Origin: Candidatus Levybacteria bacterium RBG_16_35_11 | GTDB taxonomy: Bacteria; Patescibacteriota; Microgenomatia; Levybacterales; UBA12049 | Assembly: GCA_001781995.1 (NCBI GenBank) | Contig: MFNH01000063.1 | Span: 1-49,455 of the forward strand | DNA: 49,455 bases | Reading direction: 5' to 3' | Shown here: in pieces, positions 43,173 through 49,455 of the stretch | How the letters are laid out: every line of letters starts with the position of its first letter | Numbering within the stretch: the first letter of the stretch is position 1 | Translations under genes and position numbers: made by a program | The notes under the pieces: generated by a model | Databases searched by the model: none | Told to the model about the DNA's origin: nothing | The model's input: only the letters and a program-made list of their open reading frames with translations

Positions 43173-43591
43173 TTAATAAGGCTTTTAACTAATTCTTCGG
43201 CGAAATGTTCCAAGATCCATGGGCCAAACAAGGGATCTTTTCTGTCTGTTATTTGCTCTGCGTTAGTAAAAAAATCCCGGCGTTCCCCAGGACTGCTTTC
43301 GTTAGGGTGTTTTCCGTCAACCCCAACTAGATACCAATCAGTCGTTGATCCTTTTTTGCAAATAATTACCGGATGTCCATTTTCAGATAAACTGTTCTCT
43401 CTAACCACTCTTTTCGCTACGAAAAAAGCGATTTCGGTTTTTTCCAAAGCACCTCCATTGCCAATAAATCTTCGCATGGAATATGTAGGCTCCCCAGATA
43501 AACCAAGCTCTTTAAGTAGCTTTCCGTCTATATAGCGAGATATCGGTGTCCAGCCGTTTTGTTCTGGTATTGGCGTTCTTTCCTGTATCAT
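43169..43591 (-). CDS. hypothetical protein translationally coupled between the NUDIX gene and folA
   Basis: 140 aa. 4-nt start/stop overlaps on both sides. No recognisable motif. Confidence 0.5.
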   Translation of the reverse strand: MIQERTPIPEQNGWTPISRYIDGKLLKELGLSGEPTYSMRRFIGNGGALEKTEIAFFVAKRVVRENSLSENGHPVIICKKGSTTDWYLVGVDGKHPNESSPGERRDFFTNAEQITDRKDPLFGPWILEHFAEELVKSLIK

Positions 43592-44013
43592 AAAACCTCT
43601 TTTGCTAATTTAACCGCTTTTAAAACGCTTGGTAAAAGCCAGTAATTTTCTAATTTTGAAATTTCCACCCATTCAGGTGTAGTTTCATCTCCTTCTCCTC
43701 TAACTTCTCCTCTATATGACTTGCAAATGAAAACTTCCCAGGTGCAAAGCATTGTTCCATTTTTTCTTTTTAATTCCGTTACTCCAAAATCAAAAGAAAG
43801 AGGGATCAGTTCTTCCTCTGTTGTCTCTAAACCTGTTTCTTCTTTTAACTCTCTTGCTGCTGCTTGCTTTGGATTTTCATTTTCTTCGATTCTTCCCGAA
43901 GGTGTTCCGTAAGAACCAGTTAAGTGTCCAGCTTCTTCACCATGTCTTACCAAAAGAACCTCACTTTTATCGTTTCTAAAAACAATGACTCCGATGGTTG
44001 GAATTGGCTTCAT
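43588..44013 (-). CDS. NUDIX hydrolase
   Basis: Nudix box G.PSGRIEENENPKQAAARELKEETGL. ATG at 44013 (MKPIPTIGVIVF) lies 1 nt after the thyA stop. The track start at 44061 overlaps thyA by 47 nt. Confidence 0.8.
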   Translation of the reverse strand: MKPIPTIGVIVFRNDKSEVLLVRHGEEAGHLTGSYGTPSGRIEENENPKQAAARELKEETGLETTEEELIPLSFDFGVTELKRKNGTMLCTWEVFICKSYRGEVRGEGDETTPEWVEISKLENYWLLPSVLKAVKLAKEVL

Positions 44014-44014
44014 T

Positions 44015-44995
44015 TCATAAGGCCATTTTGCCTGTTTTTTTATCAAAAAGACCTCCGGCAACTGTTAGATCCGCTTTAATTATTGGGTATGGGTCGTAAC
44101 CTTCTAAAGTTACGTGTTCGGGTTTAAAATCGTCCAATTTTTTAACCCTTTTGTCGATTATAATCCTTGGCAATGGCTTTGGTTTCCTTTTTAACTGTTC
44201 TTTAAATTGAGGAATATGATTTTCGTAAATGTGAACATCTCCGAAAGTGTGGATAAATTCTCCCGGTTCCAAACCGGAAACCCGTGCTAAAATCACTGTT
44301 AGTAAAGAATAGCTGGCTATATTAAACGGAACTCCTAAGAACAGGTCTGCGCTTCTATGATAAAGCTGAAGTGATAGTTTTCCGTTGCGATTACTGATTT
44401 GATACATGTTGTGGCAAATCGGAAACCTTGAAGCATCCTCTAAAGTTGCCATAGTATAAAGATATTCAGGGTTCCAGGAGTTAACAATTAAGTTTTTAGC
44501 ATCAGGGTCTTCTTTTAACTCCCTTAAAACCCATTTTAGCTGATCTATTGTTTTCCCTTTTGTTCTAGTTGGCCAATGCCGCCACATTTCCCCGTAAATT
44601 CGAAGTAAATTCCCATGTTCTTTTGCAAATTTTTTATCATCATATATTTTTTGAATAAAGTCATCTTTTGCTAAAGGTTTTACCAATTTTTGCTTTGCTT
44701 TCCTTTGATAAATTTTGTAGGGATAGTCATCCCAAATATGAACATTGTTTTCGACTAAATATTTTATATTAGTCTGGCCAGACATAAACCAGTAAAGCTC
44801 GTGTAAAACTCCGCTCCAATAAACTTTTTTGGTGGTTAAAAGAGGAAATCCAAGTGATAGATCAAATCTAATTTGACGGCCGAATAAGCTAATAAGTGCA
44901 ATGTTTGTTCCCCTGTCTACCTTCCTAATTCCTTTGTCTAAAATTTCTTGGGCAAGATCAAGATATTGATATTCAGGATGGTTGTGGTTTTTCAT
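44015..44995 (-). CDS. thyA: thymidylate synthase (ThyA type, with small-domain insertion)
   Basis: EYQYLDL, FG.Q.RFDL..GFPLLTTKK, catalytic PICH, RS.D.FLGVPFNIASY (Asn retained, so dUMP-specific), GD.H.Y.NH. Confidence 0.9.
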   Translation of the reverse strand: MKNHNHPEYQYLDLAQEILDKGIRKVDRGTNIALISLFGRQIRFDLSLGFPLLTTKKVYWSGVLHELYWFMSGQTNIKYLVENNVHIWDDYPYKIYQRKAKQKLVKPLAKDDFIQKIYDDKKFAKEHGNLLRIYGEMWRHWPTRTKGKTIDQLKWVLRELKEDPDAKNLIVNSWNPEYLYTMATLEDASRFPICHNMYQISNRNGKLSLQLYHRSADLFLGVPFNIASYSLLTVILARVSGLEPGEFIHTFGDVHIYENHIPQFKEQLKRKPKPLPRIIIDKRVKKLDDFKPEHVTLEGYDPYPIIKADLTVAGGLFDKKTGKMAL

Positions 44996-45070
44996 AAATA
45001 ATTTTTAGAGGATTGGTAGGAATTTTACAATAGGTCAAACTATGTCATTTATTTTTGGTATAATACGGCT

Positions 45071-46057
45071 ATGGTCGAAGGCATTAAGGATCAACAAGCT
45101 ACTTCAACCGAACCTAAAAAAGAGAAAGAAGACTCTTTTAGATGGACTAGGGATCCCAAAAAACCTATATTGAGAATAGAAAATGGCGTGTGTGTTGAAG
45201 AAATCATGGCCGTCCGGATCGCCCCATATGGAACGCCGGGCAAATTTGAATATCCAGAAGGCCCAATATTAATAGATTTTGGCCAAGACGTAAAAAAATT
45301 ACTGAAGAAGCAGCCAACAAAATTAAGCGGATGGGTTGTAAGAACCGTTCATGAAGCAGACAAACATTTTGAAGATAAAGACGATGAATATCACTACTGT
45401 ACTATCTTTACCGACGATTTGGGAAAAGAAACGGGGGAGAAAAAAAGGCAGGCAAAACAAGAGCAAAAAGCAAGAAAAGAGGCTGGAAAAGGTTGGAAAA
45501 TGGAACAAGCAGGACAGCAAAGATTAGCAAAACAGCGAAATATCGCCCGGAGAAGACCCAGATGGGTTCCCGGTTATTCCGATATCCCTCCCGAATTCGG
45601 AGAACCAGAGAATGAATTAGCAGGAAATGTTGAATCAAAACATCATGAACAACTGGTAGAAACCGGATCAAAACATGAACTAGTGAGATCTAAGCACAAA
45701 AGCATAGCTGATATTAAAACTGAACGGCTCAAGAAAGGAAAAGAAGGACCTTTCATAGTTCTAACAATTTTCACGTCTGTTCAGTTATATTCTAAACATC
45801 CAATGCAAAAAGAAGAGCGACTGAGGACAGGGAAGGATAATCGCCCTGAATTAGAATCAGATCAGACACATGATAAGACCGATCTTATAATCGAAGGCAC
45901 ATCTAAGCATTTTTGGCGTGAATGGGAAGATCACTATGCCGAAGTAGAGGCAGTAAACGCTGAAAATCCGGACGACGAAGGGCTTAGCGGTTTTGTCAGT
46001 AAGGCTGTTGTAAAGAAAGCCTTACAAAATCCAGAAGTAGACCAGACTTCCTTTTAG
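45071..46057 (+). CDS. hypothetical charged protein with repeated SKH motifs
   Basis: 328 aa. TGgTATAAT lies 6 nt before the ATG. K/E-rich centre. SKH occurs five times. Confidence 0.45.
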   Translation: MVEGIKDQQATSTEPKKEKEDSFRWTRDPKKPILRIENGVCVEEIMAVRIAPYGTPGKFEYPEGPILIDFGQDVKKLLKKQPTKLSGWVVRTVHEADKHFEDKDDEYHYCTIFTDDLGKETGEKKRQAKQEQKARKEAGKGWKMEQAGQQRLAKQRNIARRRPRWVPGYSDIPPEFGEPENELAGNVESKHHEQLVETGSKHELVRSKHKSIADIKTERLKKGKEGPFIVLTIFTSVQLYSKHPMQKEERLRTGKDNRPELESDQTHDKTDLIIEGTSKHFWREWEDHYAEVEAVNAENPDDEGLSGFVSKAVVKKALQNPEVDQTSF

Positions 46058-46171
46058 GCTATCTTTGATCCACAAATCCGCCGATAACTTTTGCGCTATA
46101 AATTTCTTTCCCCTGTTTTTATATCCCGTTATTGACTAAGGCACAATTTCAGTGTATAATTTAGTATATAC

Positions 46172-46465
46172 ATGAGGGTTGTTAAAGAGACTTTTGGGTT
46201 TGATTGGGATGAAGGAAATAGAGAGAAGCCTAGGAGTCATGGGTTAACTCCCGAAGAAACCGAGGAAGCTTTTTTTGATGAGAATAAAGTCGCATTTGCA
46301 GATTGGAAGCACTCGGCAAAAGAACAAAGAATCACCCTTTTGGGTAAGACTAAGAAAGGACGACTGTTAAACATTACTTATATGATTCGGGCAAAAAAAA
46401 TTAGAATTATTACGGCAAGACCTATTAATAGAAAGGAGGTGGCACTTTATGAAAAAGCAGCTTAA
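46172..46465 (+). CDS. brnT: BrnT-type toxin (DUF497)
   Basis: FGFDWDEGN...IRIITARP..RKE..LYE. TTGACT-17-TATAAT promoter 11 nt upstream. Confidence 0.8.
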   Translation: MRVVKETFGFDWDEGNREKPRSHGLTPEETEEAFFDENKVAFADWKHSAKEQRITLLGKTKKGRLLNITYMIRAKKIRIITARPINRKEVALYEKAA

Positions 46466-46709
46466 AATTCCAAAATTCAAAAGCGAGGATGAGGAAGCAA
46501 AGTTCTGGGCCAATTTGGACCTTTCAGAATACTTAGAGCCTTCGGACTTAGAAAGAGTGAGTTTTCCAAATTTAAAACCTACTACCAGACCTATCTCCAT
46601 CCGTATTCCTGAATATCTTTTAAATCGGCTCAAAGAAAAAGCCAATGAGATCAATATTCCTTACCAATCACTGATTAAGGAGTATATTAAAAGAGGTGTA
46701 TTTTCCTAG
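46449..46709 (+). CDS. brnA: BrnA-type antitoxin
   Basis: IPKFKSEDEEAKFW...ISIRIPEYLLNRLKEKANEINIPYQSLIKEYI. Overlaps brnT by 17 nt. Confidence 0.8.
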   Translation: MKKQLKIPKFKSEDEEAKFWANLDLSEYLEPSDLERVSFPNLKPTTRPISIRIPEYLLNRLKEKANEINIPYQSLIKEYIKRGVFS

Positions 46710-46715
46710 TTTACG

Positions 46716-47255
46716 CTAAACCTGCTTCTCTTTTCTTTTAGTTGTAACTCTTCCGCCCTGCCATTGACCACGGTATTTACTTCCCCCACCTCTTACTTCT
46801 TGAAAGATAATGTGAACAAACCTTGCCCCCATTTCTATTTCTACAGTTACTGATCCTTCGTTTTTAAGGCCAAAAACCAATTCTCCCTGGTATCCAGGTT
46901 GAACAGGTCCTGTTCGAATGAACAAGCCCGATCTAAAAGTGGTAGTTCTTGGGATAATTACTGCTGAAAGATTTATTGGAAGATTGATTTTTTCAATTGT
47001 TTTAACCAGGAAAAAATCTCCCGGTTTTATTTTAATTGACCTCTTCTTTCCTTCTTTAAAGGCAATTATAGTCTTTACATCAGCCGTTTTTCTATGGGTT
47101 TCCCCTAAAAAGGCCGAACCTGATATCCTAAAGACTTCTCCTAGTCTTAAGTCAAAACCAGCCCCTTCGGGATTAGTCAACTCTCTTTCCGAAAGCCCTT
47201 CGACCAGTTTTTTTGTTTTTACTAGCTTCAATAATTGCTTGGGCCCAACTATCAT
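46716..47255 (-). CDS. dCTP deaminase-fold protein, possibly archaeal-type dUTPase
   Basis: 179 aa. GFDLRLG, PR.T..R.GL....G.V.PGY.G.L.F.L.N. dUTPase-superfamily pattern, distinct from the dcd paralog. Confidence 0.6.
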   Translation of the reverse strand: MIVGPKQLLKLVKTKKLVEGLSERELTNPEGAGFDLRLGEVFRISGSAFLGETHRKTADVKTIIAFKEGKKRSIKIKPGDFFLVKTIEKINLPINLSAVIIPRTTTFRSGLFIRTGPVQPGYQGELVFGLKNEGSVTVEIEMGARFVHIIFQEVRGGGSKYRGQWQGGRVTTKRKEKQV

Positions 47256-47305
47256 AAAGTTATCTTATTATATATTAAGTGATAGAAAGTTATAATTAGA
47301 TATGT

Positions 47306-47983
47306 TTAATCAGTGTTGTTTAGTATCTTAGCAATCTCCTCAGTAACTTCTTCCTCATCCCTCTCTCCATTAATAACTATAATTTCGTCCTTAAATTCTC
47401 CAATAAGGAAATCATAGCCCTGTTTTACCCTTTCGAACAATTCTTTTTCTTCATAAATTTCCTTAATTTTATGCATTTCAGACAGTCTTTTTACGGCTTC
47501 ATTTACACTAACTTCTAAGTAAAATGTATAATCTGGAATAATAAAACCATGATAGTGAGACAAAATAGACTGGGCTACTAAGATTATTTTAGCTGCATCC
47601 TCAACCGATGCGTCTTTTAAATCTGCTAATCCATATGGAACAGCAGACCAAAAGTATCTGTCGGTTATTACGGTTTCGCCTTTTTTTAACCTTTCTACAA
47701 TTTCAATTTGCTGAACTTCCCTATCTGCCGAATAAAGATACTGGATTGCAACAGAGGGAACTTTTACCTGCTTTTGTAAGATTTTGTGTATTAAAACTCC
47801 AATTTCTCCTTCTCTGGTTGGATTTTTGGTTAAGAAAACTTTTTCCCCTTTTTCTGTTAAATAGTTTGCAAGTCTTTTTGCTTGCGTTGTTTTACCGCTT
47901 GCATCCATCCCCTCAAAGGCAATTAATTTTCCTGGGTAAGTATTCTTTTTAAATTCTAGTTCAAATTGAATCTTATGCTTCAT
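47306..47983 (-). CDS. tmk: thymidylate kinase
   Basis: IAFEGMDASGKTTQ P-loop and DRY motif. 4-nt overlap with dcd. Confidence 0.88.
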   Translation of the reverse strand: MKHKIQFELEFKKNTYPGKLIAFEGMDASGKTTQAKRLANYLTEKGEKVFLTKNPTREGEIGVLIHKILQKQVKVPSVAIQYLYSADREVQQIEIVERLKKGETVITDRYFWSAVPYGLADLKDASVEDAAKIILVAQSILSHYHGFIIPDYTFYLEVSVNEAVKRLSEMHKIKEIYEEKELFERVKQGYDFLIGEFKDEIIVINGERDEEEVTEEIAKILNNTD

Positions 47984-48555
47984 TTTTTCTCCATCCTTAT
48001 TTTTGATTCATCAGGTTTTTGCTGATTTTTATACTTTGCGTCTTTTTTCTTTCCGTATGGAACTTCCGCGTTTGAAGATAATTGTTCAAAAGTCATAGCG
48101 CATATCCGCATCCCGGGATATAAGGCAACCGGTAATCTTCCTAAATTCCCAAGTTCCAAAACTGCTTGACCATCCCACCCAGGATCAAAAACAGAAGCTG
48201 TTGAATGAACAACTATTCCAAGTCTCCCTAATGAAGAACGTCCTTCCAGTCTCCCCAGTAAGCTTGGGTTAATTGTTATTCTTTCTTTTGTTACTGCTAA
48301 TACAAAATCCCCAGGCTGCATGATAAATGGTTCTTTATCTTTAACTTTTATTTCTCTGGTAAATTCTTTTTCTTTAGATTTTTTTGAAAATGGATCAATT
48401 AGTGAATGCTTACTGTATTCAAAAACTCTAAAAACATTCCCAAGCCTAAGATCAATTGAGCAGGAACCAAGTTGAGTTCTAAAATCTGGGAAAGGGGAAA
48501 TCTTAATGTCTTTATTTTTTAATGCAGATTTTATGTCTTTATCTGATAAAACCAT
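47980..48555 (-). CDS. dcd: dCTP deaminase
   Basis: MVLSDKDI...S.DLRLGN.F...GR.EGRSSLGRLG...H.TA...DPGW.G...LE. The ATG at 48555 lies 6 nt after TATAAT. The longer track start covers the promoter. Confidence 0.85.
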   Translation of the reverse strand: MVLSDKDIKSALKNKDIKISPFPDFRTQLGSCSIDLRLGNVFRVFEYSKHSLIDPFSKKSKEKEFTREIKVKDKEPFIMQPGDFVLAVTKERITINPSLLGRLEGRSSLGRLGIVVHSTASVFDPGWDGQAVLELGNLGRLPVALYPGMRICAMTFEQLSSNAEVPYGKKKDAKYKNQQKPDESKIRMEKK

Positions 48556-48609
48556 GTTGTGATTATAAAATAGTAAAGAGTAAATAGTAAATAGCGAATA
48601 ATTGGGGGC

Positions 48610-48640
48610 TTGACAAAAGGCGGTCAAATCAGTCTAAATT
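48610..48640 (+). promoter_or_regulatory. promoter TTGACA-19-TAAATT, 6 nt to GTG 48647
   Basis: Read directly. The spacer is 19 nt, which is rather long. Confidence 0.4.
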
Positions 48641-48646
48641 AGATCA

Positions 48647-49087
48647 GTGGCGAAAAAGAAAAATACAGGCAGCATAAACCTACTTAAAGGAATCCAAGGC
48701 TCCAAACTGGCTGCATTAGTAGTTGTTCTTGTCATTCTTTTCGCAATTCCTCTGACGGTAGTCATGAATCGCCAACAGCAACAAATTCAACAAGAAGCTT
48801 CTACCGAAGCCACCGCATTATGTAAATTAAATGGTGGAACATGTATGGCAACTAAATCATGTAAAACCGGTTATACCTGGACAGGTTACCTTGGTAAATC
48901 TTACAAATATTGCAATAGCTACAATTCTCCGGGTATTTATTGCTGTATTCCTAAACCATCTTGCAGTTCCGTAGGAGGAGTTTGTAAAATAAATACCTCA
49001 AGTTATTATTGCTCTATTACGATTAATTCCGGGAGATGTTCGGCTGGATATGTTTGCTGTCAGTCCGGAAGCTATATCCACAGATAA
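48647..49087 (+). CDS. small secreted cysteine-rich protein with IPLTV-QQQQ N-terminal motif
   Basis: 146 aa. GTG start 6 nt after TAAATT. K-rich N-terminus, TM, AIPLTVVMNRQQQQIQQEAS, then two 6-Cys modules each ending in CC. Confidence 0.6.
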   Translation: MAKKKNTGSINLLKGIQGSKLAALVVVLVILFAIPLTVVMNRQQQQIQQEASTEATALCKLNGGTCMATKSCKTGYTWTGYLGKSYKYCNSYNSPGIYCCIPKPSCSSVGGVCKINTSSYYCSITINSGRCSAGYVCCQSGSYIHR

Positions 49088-49091
49088 TTAT

Positions 49092-49451
49092 TTATAGTTC
49101 TTCTACTTTCCAGTTTTCGCCGTCTCTGACCACAAAAACCGGCATCACTTCGATATCACCAAGGACAAAATTTCTGATTTCCCGCGCTGTATTTATTGTT
49201 TGCTCGCGGTGCAAAGTTTCGTCAACCGGATTTCCGGCGCAATCCTGGTGTCCATGAACAATTATTCCTTTTGAATGATGTTTTTTAATTGATATCAAAA
49301 CCTTATTTTTAATTGACTCAAGTATTTTCTTATCAACGTCTTCATTTCCTATTAAACCAGCCAGCCCCGCTTCGGTAATTGTGTCCGCATATCTGGCGCC
49401 GTATCTTTTTTGGCCATACTCCAAAATTGGCGCTTGCACTCGCCCATCCAT
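49092..49451 (-). CDS. hypothetical protein (HGHQDCAG motif); N-terminus may extend beyond the window
   Basis: 119 aa ORF reaching within 4 nt of the window end. The H..C.G motif loosely resembles beta-carbonic-anhydrase-like metal sites, but no firm assignment. Confidence 0.4.
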   Translation of the reverse strand: MDGRVQAPILEYGQKRYGARYADTITEAGLAGLIGNEDVDKKILESIKNKVLISIKKHHSKGIIVHGHQDCAGNPVDETLHREQTINTAREIRNFVLGDIEVMPVFVVRDGENWKVEEL

Positions 49452-49455
49452 GCAA

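Noticed and set aside
44015-44995. The ThyA homolog with an insertion could be a dUMP/dCMP hydroxymethylase for base hypermodification.
   Set aside because: The catalytic Cys and the Asn of PFNIAS (dUMP specificity) are retained. folA and glyA are adjacent, which fits a normal thymidylate cycle. The insertion sits where Lactobacillus-type ThyA has its small-domain insert.
49036-49257. 73-aa plus-strand ORF overlapping the ends of two genes.
   Set aside because: It overlaps the 3' end of 48647-49087 and the antisense strand of 49092-49451. No signals, and low-complexity sequence.
1-49455. Alternative genetic code (UGA recoding, as in some CPR lineages).
   Set aside because: All recognisable genes are full length with standard stops, including TGA stops. 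No in-frame TGA has to be read through.

Overview
AT-rich, tightly packed bacterial window that looks like a reduced Patescibacteria/CPR (Microgenomates-like) genome; this taxonomic call is inference from gene content and style. I found no rRNA, tRNA, CRISPR array, transposase or integrase. Housekeeping blocks: split transketolase, cysS, recR, prs, ybaB, dnaX, ybeY, rpsU, proS, rseP, frr-tsf-rpsB, ddl, and a dTTP-synthesis cluster (glyA, folA, thyA, two dCTP-deaminase-fold genes, tmk). There are four type II toxin-antitoxin pairs: PIN/RHH, YafQ-RelE-like, and two BrnT/BrnA. The most unusual part is a ~13.5 kb cell-surface island (20.2-33.7 kb). It contains two modular dockerin-tailed proteins followed by a membrane-anchored cohesin-like protein. 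Four secreted cysteine-rich proteins (one at 48.6 kb) share a conserved N-terminal TM-IPLTV-QQQQ-x-RQ-x-A motif. The island also has knottin-like C-C-CC-C-C modules, a tandem 4-Cys mini-module array, Thr/Pro-rich linkers, a Tat-signal SLH protein, and three paralogous membrane-tethered proteins of unknown family. One BrnTA cassette sits between an intact gene 3' end and a frameshifted relic copy of that end. Next to the island are a DUF4143-type ATPase, a Fic-MerR fusion, and a GT2 + large polytopic membrane protein + VWA module. About 20 transcription-unit heads show TTGAC(A/T)-16..19 nt-TAnnnT placed 6-8 nt before the start codon. This implies widespread leaderless mRNAs and let me revise several start codons.
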